This document shows, piece after piece, positions 8,939-19,800 of a stretch of 64,000 nucleotides of DNA. The translations under genes and the position numbers were made by a program. Positions within the stretch are counted from its first letter, which is position 1, and every line of letters begins with the position of its first letter. The stretch covers positions 32,001 to 96,000 of the forward strand of contig CAYSHM010000004.1 in assembly GCA_964430885.1 (NCBI GenBank), written 5' to 3'. Origin of the DNA: an uncultured archaeon (GTDB lineage Archaea; Thermoplasmatota; Penumbrarchaeia; JASLWR01). The notes beneath the pieces are model-generated. The model saw nothing but the letters and a program-made list of their open reading frames with translations. It was not told the DNA's origin and made no database searches.

Positions 8939-11002
8939 ATGGGTCAAGTTTTTTTAGGTAAAATGAGCCTACGCTGGTGTGATCATTGCGATCTTCCAAT
9001 TTTGGAGAAGAAAGAATGCCAGCTCTGTTCCGGGCCCACCCGCAAAGTTGATTACACTCCTCCAGGCGATGTAAGGCCGGCATTCGAGAGGGATGTCCGC
9101 CAGATCAGGAATATAATAGCTGAACAGTTTGGAAAGGATGCTTCGGAAAGCATATTTGCCGAAGATTCCTTGGTACTTCTGAACGGTGTACCTTCACTTG
9201 ACAGAATGGACGAGGTTGTGGTTCATGGCAGGGCAATTGGAAATTTGAAATATCTGCCGATTGCAGAAAAATATGTGTTCATACCCCGGCAGTTCGGGCT
9301 CCAATTATTTCAGGGACATATCGAATCAAATTTTATTGTAGCTGATGACGGAGCAATACCTTTCATAAAAAAGGGGGCAAATTGTCTTGCCCCTGGAGTC
9401 CTTGACGCTGTTGGAGATTTCAGGGTGGGCGACGAGGTGATAGTGATTGACAAAACCGGTAATATTCTCATGTCCGGTAAGGCCAGGATGGGCCCAGGTG
9501 AGATGATTGAGGCCAAAAGAGGGGAAGCGGTGAAAGCTAGAAGAAGACTGAAGGATAAGACAGTTGCATTGACCGAACCTGAAATTAAGCCGACCTGGGA
9601 TCGTGCGGTCCAGGCCAATAAGGATTATCTCAAAGGGAGAATTGCAGGATCAAAGAAGTTCATAAACAAGGTAATAAAGGCGAATAATCTTCCCTTCACA
9701 GTATCATACAGCGGGGGTAAGGATTCCTTGGCCACATTACTTCTCGTACTGGATGCCGACCTAAAACCGCCAATTATGTTCGTGGATACGGGTCTTGAGT
9801 TTCCCGAAACTGTAGAAAATGTTCACCAGGTGGTAAAGAGGTACGGGTTGGAATTAATAGAGTACAAGGTTGGAGATTCCTTCTATGATTCATTGGAGCA
9901 TTTCGGTCCCCCTGCCAAGGATTTTCGGTGGTGTTGCAAGATATGTAAACTCGGACCAACAACAATGTTGATTGATGACCGATTCCCTGAAGGTGTTCTC
10001 TCATTCATAGGTCAGCGACAATATGAATCCACCCAGCGGATGGAGAAGGGAGATATTTGGGACAATCCATGGGTGCCCAATCAGAAGGGAGCTTCGCCGA
10101 TCCAGAGGTGGGATGCCTTGACGGTTTGGTTATATATATTTTACAAGAAAGCAACCTATAATCCATGGTATGAAAGGGGATTGGACCGAATCGGATGTTG
10201 GTGCTGTCCCGCTTCAAGCCAGGCCGAGCTCAAGGAAATAAAAGAACATTTTCCCCAAAGCAGCCGATTCTTCGGTATGCTCAAGGATTGGGCGGAAAAG
10301 AAAAAATTCTCCCAGGAATGGTATGAACTTGGACTCTGGAAGTGGAGAAAATATCCGGGGAGCGTTCAGGAGATAATGCAGAGATCAGGATTCAACGCTG
10401 AAAGAATATTCGGTGATGATGACCCTGAAGAGAGATGGAAGGCGGCACTTGTGGATTTCAAGGATGTTGAGTGGAAGTTCATAGGCCAGGGGCCTAATGG
10501 TATTGATGAGATGGAAATGATTGAGGTGAAAGCCGATTTTACCAGAAATGTTGATATCAGTTCAGTCGTACCCTTGCTTCCTATATTGGGGGAGATTTCC
10601 TTTAAACCGTCTGAAATTTGCAAATCAGGAACTAATATAGGCGATTCAGCTGGAGACGATCCGGGAAATGCAGTGATTATGACCCCCAAAGGCGATATTA
10701 TCACCTTGCACTCTAGAGGCGTTGAGCTAATAACGCCTGGCGATGATGAAATAGTTGTGCTTCCCAGAAGGGTGCACCATGAATTGGATAATATCATAGG
10801 GGTAATAAAACGGGCTCTGTTCTGCCAGGCCTGTGGGGTTTGTACTGGGAGATGCCCTCAGGATGCAATTGCTTGGCGGGATTTAAGAGGCAGGAGAATG
10901 ATAGTAATAGACCCGGAGAGATGTATATCATGCCGGAACTGTCTCGGCCCGTGTCCTGTGGTGAACTTCGATCCCGATGAAGAATACAGGATGGCTAAAT
11001 AG
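8939..11002 (+). CDS. Archaeal PAPS-reductase-family PP-loop protein with Zn ribbon, PUA domain and C-terminal 2x[4Fe-4S] ferredoxin
   Basis: WCDHC..CQLC, PUA (DDGAIPFIKKGANCLAPGV), SYSGGKDS, DTGLEFPET, RWCCKICK, RIGCWCCP, CQACGVCTGRCP, CISCRNCLGPCP. Confidence 0.85.
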   Translation: MGQVFLGKMSLRWCDHCDLPILEKKECQLCSGPTRKVDYTPPGDVRPAFERDVRQIRNIIAEQFGKDASESIFAEDSLVLLNGVPSLDRMDEVVVHGRAIGNLKYLPIAEKYVFIPRQFGLQLFQGHIESNFIVADDGAIPFIKKGANCLAPGVLDAVGDFRVGDEVIVIDKTGNILMSGKARMGPGEMIEAKRGEAVKARRRLKDKTVALTEPEIKPTWDRAVQANKDYLKGRIAGSKKFINKVIKANNLPFTVSYSGGKDSLATLLLVLDADLKPPIMFVDTGLEFPETVENVHQVVKRYGLELIEYKVGDSFYDSLEHFGPPAKDFRWCCKICKLGPTTMLIDDRFPEGVLSFIGQRQYESTQRMEKGDIWDNPWVPNQKGASPIQRWDALTVWLYIFYKKATYNPWYERGLDRIGCWCCPASSQAELKEIKEHFPQSSRFFGMLKDWAEKKKFSQEWYELGLWKWRKYPGSVQEIMQRSGFNAERIFGDDDPEERWKAALVDFKDVEWKFIGQGPNGIDEMEMIEVKADFTRNVDISSVVPLLPILGEISFKPSEICKSGTNIGDSAGDDPGNAVIMTPKGDIITLHSRGVELITPGDDEIVVLPRRVHHELDNIIGVIKRALFCQACGVCTGRCPQDAIAWRDLRGRRMIVIDPERCISCRNCLGPCPVVNFDPDEEYRMAK

Positions 11003-11021
11003 AAAACCACTGGTTTTTCAA

Positions 11022-12191
11022 TTACATATCGAGTGGAGCAAACCTTCTTGTTCTTTCAAGTGCCCTGAGCTTCTCCTTGTCGCCTGCCCTGCTTGCGGTT
11101 ACGGCATCATTATAGAGGTGAATGATCTCATCGTAAACTTCCCGGTTCACCGGGAATGGCACCCCGTCCTTTCCGCCTACGGCATAGGAGAATTTAACAG
11201 GATCCGACCAGGATGCTTTCTCGCCGTATATCACTTCCGCAACCAAGGAAAGGGCCCTGATGGTCTTAGGCCCCAAACCCCCGATAAGAAGCATTTGCTC
11301 ATATCCCTTAGGCTGTATCTCGTAAGCCGACGAAAGGGCCTTCCAGTTGGTCAGCTTGGGCATGTTCAAAATTGGGAGATTCTCAGGGATATCTGCAGTC
11401 ATTTTTTGGGACAGAATACTTTGAGGTTCAATTATTTCAGTATAGCTGTTCAAAGTAGCCTGTTCTTTTGGCAATTTCCTTTTTATTTCTGCAGTCCTGA
11501 GAAGGTTTATGTCCCTTTTCAGATGGCCTAGACCGTCCTTTACCAGATCTAACTGGACATTGCGGTTGTCCTTTGAATCTTTGGCACTTAGATCAAGCAC
11601 TTCTTTGGGATTAAGATCTGATAGAATGGATTTGTGGGGATCATTGAGATAATTCTCCCCGATATCCGAATGCCAATGATATCTTCTTGCATAGCCGTAT
11701 CTGTCGCTCATACCCTGCTGGAGCACTGCCCAGTCTCCCCCTTCAGCCAGGAACATTGAGTGAAGGTAGAGCTGATAGCCGTCCTGAAGGGCGGTATTAT
11801 CCACTTTTGCCACCAGACGGGAAGTGTCAGCAAGTTTATCACCGGGCAGATCAAATTCCCTGCAGATCTGTTCAATTTCTTTTGGTGCACCCTTAGAATG
11901 CCCGCCCTTACCGCCCGTACCTCTCACCGGGGCCGAAATGTTTGATAATGCCTTTTTCAGTGCATAACAGGTTACCGTGGTAGTACCGGAGGAATGCCAA
12001 TCAAATCCAAGAACGCACGACAGCGCTTGGAACCAGAAGGGATTGCATATATGTCTGATGAAATCCTCTGCCCCCCTTTCCTCGATAAAAACCCCTGAGA
12101 TGCTCTCGGCAAGCTCCACCATACGGGAGAACAGCCATCTCGGGGCTTTTCCTCCATGGAGGGGAAGATATGCAGTCCCGCTTCGTTTCAT
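11022..12191 (-). CDS. DUF763 family protein
   Basis: LPLHGGKAPRWLF, PFWFQAL..VLGFDWHSSGTTT, AKVDN...QDGYQLY, ARRYHW, GGKDGVPFPV. Confidence 0.9.
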   Translation of the reverse strand: MKRSGTAYLPLHGGKAPRWLFSRMVELAESISGVFIEERGAEDFIRHICNPFWFQALSCVLGFDWHSSGTTTVTCYALKKALSNISAPVRGTGGKGGHSKGAPKEIEQICREFDLPGDKLADTSRLVAKVDNTALQDGYQLYLHSMFLAEGGDWAVLQQGMSDRYGYARRYHWHSDIGENYLNDPHKSILSDLNPKEVLDLSAKDSKDNRNVQLDLVKDGLGHLKRDINLLRTAEIKRKLPKEQATLNSYTEIIEPQSILSQKMTADIPENLPILNMPKLTNWKALSSAYEIQPKGYEQMLLIGGLGPKTIRALSLVAEVIYGEKASWSDPVKFSYAVGGKDGVPFPVNREVYDEIIHLYNDAVTASRAGDKEKLRALERTRRFAPLDM

Positions 12192-12414
12192 AGAGATCTG
12201 GCCTCTCTGGTGGCGTGAAAGCTTTTACAGAAGAATTGGCCCAATAGATTGAGTAACGTCATGATTATTATGTTTATTTTGATATTTATTGGATTTTTCA
12301 TTGGGTGAGTAAAAGTGTTCTTGCTCTCGATAGTATTTTCATCATTTTTTGTCATGTTACAAATATGCCCTTTTTATACCAAATGCCGTTAATTATGAAG
12401 TCAAGGTGATATTA

Positions 12415-12618
12415 ATGAAACTGAAATGGGAGACGATATTCGGCGAAGCGATTTACTACAAGACCGAGAAGGATTTTCATACCAATGAGATCCGAAAGGT
12501 CCCTATGGACATTGAATATGACATCCGTCGGGCCAAGATACCCGGTGGCTGGCTTGTGGGTAAGGTTGGTTCGGACAGCATTACTTTTGTTCCTGATGAA
12601 AAACAGGAATGGAAGTAA
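12415..12618 (+). CDS. Small hypothetical protein (67 aa)
   Basis: AGGTGA SD before ATG 12415; RAKIPGGWLV...SITFVPD..EW resembles a recurrent small uncharacterised family. Confidence 0.65.
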   Translation: MKLKWETIFGEAIYYKTEKDFHTNEIRKVPMDIEYDIRRAKIPGGWLVGKVGSDSITFVPDEKQEWK

Positions 12619-12656
12619 TGGAACTAAGGCAAAAAAGTGGCGTATCCATCTTGCAG

Positions 12657-12974
12657 TTATTCCTCACTTTCAATTGGTACATATACCTCGTACTTGCCCG
12701 ATAAAACATCCTCGGCTACTTCGGATAGTTTTACAAATTGATGGTGGATGAAAAATAAGAAGGCCCCCGAAAGAATGAATATTCCTCCTATTGAGAGTAT
12801 TGCGGGGATGGTCTTCCAGGCGGGATCATCGATGATCTGCCAGTTGCTTTCAGCATACACGATTTTGGATAGGAAGAACAGGATCAAAAAGGTCACTAGG
12901 AAAAAAATACCGGTGATTATTAAGCCTTTTCCGATCATACCAAAATCTAGATATTTTTTTTTCACTAAGAGCAC
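12657..12974 (-). CDS. Hypothetical two-TM membrane protein
   Basis: Two hydrophobic segments and an acidic C-terminus; fills the intergenic space; start uncertain. Confidence 0.65.
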   Translation of the reverse strand: MLLVKKKYLDFGMIGKGLIITGIFFLVTFLILFFLSKIVYAESNWQIIDDPAWKTIPAILSIGGIFILSGAFLFFIHHQFVKLSEVAEDVLSGKYEVYVPIESEE

Positions 12975-13172
12975 CTTGTTCTTTTTCTTTTAGCCCACGT
13001 ATGAAAAGCGCTTTAATTAATATGGGATTCATACGTATATAAATTATTCCTTAAAACATTTTTATCGGAATCAGTTCATTATCCTGGGATTTTTATTTGG
13101 TCCAATACGTTTAAATCGATTCTGATTATTATCTGAAACTCTGAACAGGTATGGAATAGAGGTGAATGGTAA

Positions 13173-13853
13173 ATGTATCTCAACAGGTTTTGTCATGCAA
13201 TCGTATCTCTTATTATTGTTATGGTGTTGGTAACTGTAAGTATTCCATATACTTCAGCCGAGGAAAACCCGGTAATTGTCCTGGAGACGAATTACGGTAA
13301 AATCAAGGTGGAGCTATATCCTGATTCAGCTCCAAAGACTGTGGAGAACTTCCTGAAATATGTCGAGAGCGGTTTTTTTGATGGACTTATCTTTCATAGG
13401 ATAATTGCTGATTTCATGATCCAGGGCGGTGGATTCAATAAGGAAATGACTAAAAAAAATCCATCCTATGCACCAATAATCAATGAAGCCTCAACTGCTC
13501 AGATCCGTAACAACAGAGGTACTATAGCCATGGCCAGGACTAACGATCCGAATTCGGCAACAAACCAATTCTTTATTAACGTGGTAGATAACAATTTCCT
13601 TGATTGGGATACCAGTGCTGATGGTTACGGTTATTGTGCTTTCGGCAGGGTTACCAAGGGTATGGATGTGGTAGACGATATTGCTTCAGTAAAGACTGGT
13701 AATCAAAATGGATATTCCGACGTACCTAACGAGGACGTGATAATTGAAGAAACTTACGTGAAAGAAATGGAAGCATCTCCTGGTTTTAGAGTGACTCCCC
13801 TACTGATAGCTCTCGGTATTCCAGCAGTGCTTTTTTACTTCAGACGTAGGTAG
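13173..13853 (+). CDS. Secreted cyclophilin-type peptidyl-prolyl isomerase with PGF-CTERM-like anchor
   Basis: Signal peptide; FHRIIADFMIQGGG, GTIAMART, SATNQFFINV, YCAFGRV; C-terminus SPGF-hydrophobic stretch-RRR; GAGGTGA SD. Confidence 0.92.
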   Translation: MYLNRFCHAIVSLIIVMVLVTVSIPYTSAEENPVIVLETNYGKIKVELYPDSAPKTVENFLKYVESGFFDGLIFHRIIADFMIQGGGFNKEMTKKNPSYAPIINEASTAQIRNNRGTIAMARTNDPNSATNQFFINVVDNNFLDWDTSADGYGYCAFGRVTKGMDVVDDIASVKTGNQNGYSDVPNEDVIIEETYVKEMEASPGFRVTPLLIALGIPAVLFYFRRR

Positions 13854-13876
13854 TGCTAACAATAAGTATCAGAGTA

Positions 13877-16800
13877 TCAATCCATGTATCTCTCCCAATC
13901 TATTTCGATCTCGTTGGAAGGCAGTTCGTCCTCCCATGGTTCCTGCTCTCCCATGGCGTTCCTTCTTTTTGTGTAAAGCGCAATAACGACGACTATGGCC
14001 AGAACTACAGCTAATATTATTATTATCAGTATGGCGAATCCAGAACCGCTAGTGGTCGGAGTTCCAGTGTCGCTGTGCTGCTCTGCCATTGGAGCGAAGA
14101 TGGTGAAATGGGTGACATTGGCATAGATAACATTGTTCTCAGTATCGATCCAGGTTTCCTCAGCCACCTGCCATCCGTTGCTGTTCTCGTCCCAGTAGTA
14201 CACCTTGAGACTATCTTCGCTGATCCCATAAGGCAGATCATCCTCTGAATAATCGATCATCATCCAGTACCAATTTATCTGCCCAGTTATATCTGCCTGA
14301 TATGTGTCCCCAATAAGATATTTATCTGTCGGCAGATCATCCTGTGCCTTCTGAGGCAAACCTGTGAGGTCCTTTAGCTTCCAGGATACTGTCCCCTCAC
14401 CGAAGAACTTGGCCTTGACCAGTCTTCTACCCAGTTCATCAAGGAAATCCACCTCCTTTACTGAATCAAGTGTCAGCGGGATCTCGGCTCTTTTGTCATA
14501 TCCTGCAGTGAATCTGATGCGACCATCCACAATCTCAGGGATAATTATTTGACCGCCTAGAGGTATGAACATGTTATTGGAGGCCGAAAAGCTGCTGCCG
14601 TGTTCAATCTTGTAGGCCGCAGGATAAATAAAGCCACCCTCCATCAATAGAGCATTGAACTCGCCTTCATGTTCTGAATCCAGGGTGAACCAGTTAGGTC
14701 TCTTTTCCAACCTTTTTGTATCAAGGATGTAGTAATGCACAGGGACCTTTAAAGGATCATTGGAGGTATCATTCTTCCAGATAAAGGCATGTGAGTCCCA
14801 GCGGAATTTTCCAATGTCCTGCCAGTTATCCTTGAAATATAGTCCATTATCCCCTGCTTCGCCCTTTTTCTCAATAAGACCCCAATAATCGATGTCCAGA
14901 AATATCTCAAGTTCCCTGAGTTTTTCCATAATTTGCTCGAACAGGGTTTCATTTATGCCGGAAATGTCCGCATTCTTTACGGCCCAGTAAATTATATAAT
15001 AAAGATCTTCTTCCGAAAGGGTTTTGTTCTCATATCCTTTGATCAAAGCTGCCAAAAACAGGGCCAAGTCTGCATGGGCCAGGTCCTGTTTTGATATCAG
15101 ATTAGATAAGATGATTTTGGCTATGATGTCACGGCCGATATGGTCTTTCTCTCTCAATGCCATAAGTAATCTGATGAGTTCATAACCCTCTATGGATCCA
15201 TGTTCATACAGCCATTTAACTATGCCAGTCAGGTTTTCCTCTTCGAATATTCCGTTTTCTCCCAGCATTTCTATGATGTGGGCAGTATCATCGATGGTGA
15301 TGACCGATGAATCCAGGCACATTCCCAGAAGCTCACCCAGGTGGGTTCTGTTGATCTCCTCACTGAGCAAACTTACCAACAGCAGTTCCGTGAACTCATC
15401 CAGGTCGAGTTCACCAGTGTAGTAGGCCTGACCTATGATCCATTTCACATCTTCCAATGTCAATTCGTTTTCCTTGAATGCCATGAACAGGATCCATCTG
15501 ACATCATCCAAAGTCAATTCCCCTTCCTCATAAGCATTGATCAGTATCCATTTCAAAATTGGTTTTGTCAAGAGCTCTTCATTGTAAGCGTGGATAATTA
15601 TCCATTTCATATCCTTTCGGGTCAATTTTCCTTCATTGTAGGCATGAACGATAAGCCATTTCACATCCTCTTTTGTAAGTTCTCCCTCATCATAAGCCTT
15701 GAAGATGATCCATTTCACATCCTCTCTTGTCAATTCCCCCTCCCCATAGGCATGGAAGATAAGCCATCTCAGATCGCTTCTTTCCAGTTCATCCTCGGAA
15801 TACATCATAACAGCCAGATACCAAAGGTCATCCCTTGTAAGCTCTCCTACCTTGTATGCGTGGAAAATGAGCCATCTCAGATCATCCCTTGTGAGATTTC
15901 CCTCCTCATATGAGGAGTGAAGCAGCCATTTCAGCTCATCTCTTGTCAGCATTCCATCATCATATAGAAGCACCAGCAGTTTTTTTACATGGGTCCTGTT
16001 CAGACCATTTTCCTTGTAGAGCATTACTATGATCCATTTCAGTTCGTGCTTGCTGAAATCACCGCTGGCATGAATATCCTTTATTATTCTCCGGATATCC
16101 TCGTGGGTGAGTTCCCCATTTCTGTAGAATAGCGATAACAGCGTTTTGAGTTCTTCGAGTTCAATGTTGCCATCCATATAGGCTTTGGATATGGCCCTTT
16201 TAAGATGGGTGATGTTGATAAGACCGTCATCAAAGGCCCTTTTCAGAAGAATGTGAATATTTTCCAGTTCAAATACATCTTCCATCTGAGCCCTGAAAAG
16301 GATGACTGTGAGATCGTCAATGGATATCTTTCCCTGATGCATGGCCCTGAAAAGGATATCATGTATGTCGTTGATGGATAGGTCGCTCTTATGGTAGGAG
16401 AGAACAAAGAAATCATAGAGTTCGTCAGTGGAGATCACTTCGTTCAAGAATGCATCCATGATCAGATCCCGCATCTCTGAAAAAGTGATGAATCCCTCGT
16501 CATAACCCCCTATGACCAGCCACGCATAGGTCCCGACTTCATCATCGATTGTGTGGTTGTAATGACCAAGGAATGCAACTGACAGCTCAAGTAGGTCCTG
16601 GTAACTTATTTCTCCTCTATTATAGGATTGGAAAAGGGCTAGCCTGATTTCATTCTCCTCGTCCTCATGATTTTTAAAAGCATTCATAATATTATCTATT
16701 ACATTCCCCATCTCCGTGTTGTCATTCTCAAGTATGCTCATATTGTTCTGGGCTGAATCGTAGACCGGGGGCTCGTTTGTTGTATCGTTGGAGTGCTGAT

Positions 16801-19800
16801 CGTTCGCTACATTCTCATTCTGCAGTTCTCCAAGAAGCTCATCGGTGCCGTTCTCGTCAATCTTTTCAGATAGGAAAGCCATTTGAAGTAGGCTGCCTAT
16901 ATCTGCATTGCTGAGATCACTGCTGCCGTGAAGATGAACAAGAGTGCCGTTGATGTCTGTAAGGGAGAACCCGATCCTTTTGTGAAGGTCAAACAGCATT
17001 ATGCGTAGATCGTCCAGGTCCATAAATGCATTATCGTCAGTATTAAGGCCAGCTTCGTTGCTCACCTTTGTTTCAGAATACAATCCGGCTATCACCAAGG
17101 CCATTCTATTATAACTCAAATGCTGATCTAGATGTACAAATATATCAGTTATATCCCGTCTTGTCAATCTATTCTCACTGAATGCTATGGTGAACAGCTG
17201 AACAAGCATTTCTTCATCCAGATAACTCTCGTTTATTCCGTGGGAAATGAATCTGATCCACGCCTCCAATTTCACACCGTCAATGTGGTAAGTATCTATT
17301 AGATGGTGGAGCAAAATTTCAGGTTCGAGTTCGTGAATTTCCTTAGTCCAGAATACCAGGCCGATCCATGTTCCCTCATCTATTACGCCTTTCTCGTAAA
17401 CAGCCTGAAGAAAACTAAGCCAAACCTGGTGCTCCATTATATCATCAAAATATAAATATTGAATAATTTCTTTTATCATATCCGAATCCAGATGGCCGTC
17501 CCTCTTGGCATGAGATAATATCTGAGCAATATCATCGAGTTGGATGTATCCATGGAGGTAACCGATATGCAGAAGTTCGGTCCATCTCTCCCATCCAAGC
17601 AGTTTCTGGTCGTAGACCATTTTCAATAGTTCCAGGTACTCATCACGGCCTATTTTCTCCTCGGAATGCATATCGAACAGTACCAAAAGCAGATCATGCT
17701 CGCTTATCATCTCAAGATCCAGAAGGGATTCCAGTATGTATAGGAAATCTCTTTTATCAAGGGCGCCGTGCTCGTATAGGACCTGCAGAACATCATAGAG
17801 CAGATCGAGGTGTACATCGCCGTGTATGAACTTCTCTATAATAATATCAACAATATCGTTCTTCTCGATCAGTCCTTCATTGTATCCGTGAAGTACCAGG
17901 TCGGCCCAATTCTCAGTTGTTATTACTTCTTTATCATGTATGAGGGTATAGATGTCCTTCCAGTAAAGGTTTTTATCATGGTAGGAAAGTTTTTTCAGAT
18001 AGGTCAATAGCTCTTCACAATCCAAATAACCTTCTGCGTGGGCCCATAGGAATATCTCCACAAGTTCTTCGGAAAGAATGATATCGTAACCATTCTCAAT
18101 GTATCTGTGCATCAGTTCCATTAGCTCGTACGCGTCCAGATCCAACTCCTTTTCTACCTTTATCAATATCCATATTATATCATGAGCATCAATGATGCCA
18201 TATCCATCTGCTTTGATCAGTATTAGCACCATATCGCTTTTGGTTATTATTCCCCTGTTATGGAGCACTATCAGCGTTTCCTTGATATGTTCCAGGGATA
18301 AACCCCTGTCCCTGAAGGCCTCGACCAGTGCAAGTATGTATTCGTCTATGGCCCCTTCACCCTTCTGTAGTTCGTTGATAGCTTCATCAAATTCAATTTC
18401 TTCATGAGAGTATATAACAGCCGATCCTGCTTCATCTTCCCCTTCTCGCCCGTCCAATTCTTTCTCCATTGCATATTCATCAAGATAATTAGCATCCCCG
18501 TCTCCTTCTATGCTCTCAAGCACCTCCTCCTTCAGCCAGGCAGGAACATAGGGTGATATGTGATTTCCCAGTAGTGTAAAACTTTTCATAAAAAGAGATG
18601 TATCCTTGAATCCCTCACTATTTGAGGCTGTTTCCTCATTAACTGGTTCCACATCCCAACCTATAATGCTCTTGCTGTAGCTGAACCTCAATTCTATCAA
18701 TACTCCTGTGCCGCCGTTTTCATAGCCCATTTTACTGCTGAATCCATCATCGGATACCTCGAAGTCATATGATGGGACCCTGTCAAGTGGAACTTCCTTT
18801 ATAACAAGCTCCATTTCAAAATCAAGCTGGAAGGAGTCGAGGACCTCCTCTGGTTGGTTGTATTCCTCTCGCGTCTTATCCTCCACAGCTCCTGGTGAAG
18901 CAGCATATTCATTTTCACCGTTGCCTGTTCCATTATCTTCATAGGTCTTGTATCCAATATTTTCTCTTGTAAGAGTGAATCCCCATACTTTCTTTTCGTG
19001 ATCGCTATTCTTATCAATTGTCTTGGATAGGGTCCATGCCCCTTCCAGGTTGACACTTCTCAGCAGCTCGTGCATCTCACTTTCCTCACTACTGGGATAT
19101 TCGTCCCCTTCCCTTGTCCTGGGACTTTCCGTTCCATCACTTTCCTCATAGGACCAGGTATCGTCATCCTCAAACTCATCGGGGTCAATATCATCATGCA
19201 CAGGTTCGTAGTAATCCTCTTTGAACTCGTAGATGCTGTCGAGTCTCTGGGAGAAAATTGTCTGGACAGGTATTCCGACCCCTTCTTCATCCAAATAATC
19301 ATCTGACCCCTCGATATCAGCCACTCCCGCATATCTGGTGTACATTGATACCAGGGTTATGGCGTTGGGGTTTTCCTCCGTGCCGTAGATGACTGCAAAG
19401 AAGGTATCCTTGTCCATATTGATACCTACATAGTTGCCGCCTCCCAGATAATCAGTGCGACCAGTATCCAGTATTATATCGGCAATATCCGGAAGTTCGG
19501 GAGATTTAATAATTCCTTCATTATTTGAATTGTCATCCTTTTCATCCTGGCTCGAATCTTCCTTTTTGTTACTTGCACCTTCGTCACCGCCGCCTTTCTC
19601 ATCATTTTTGTTACTGGGTTCCACTTCATTGTCCGGTTTTTCCTCTCCTTCGGAATATTCCTCGTTTGCACCTCCATGCTCACTGCCGGACGAATCGACT
19701 CCTCCGGCACTGCTGTTACCATCCTCCTCTATCATCAATGCCAGTACATTGCTTCCTATTCCAGCGGTAAGGAGCATCAACATCCCCAAAACGCAGATAA

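Noticed and set aside
10977-11531. 184-aa plus-strand ORF overlapping the end of the PAPS-reductase-like gene
   Set aside because: Almost wholly antisense to the well-conserved DUF763 gene
15341-15913. 190-aa plus-strand ORF with periodic DPFHIL motifs
   Set aside because: Antisense shadow of the 54-bp coding repeat; its periodicity is inherited from the real gene
15430-15950. Regularly spaced DNA repeats as a possible CRISPR array
   Set aside because: Units are degenerate, in frame and vary at codon third positions; no unique spacers and no cas genes
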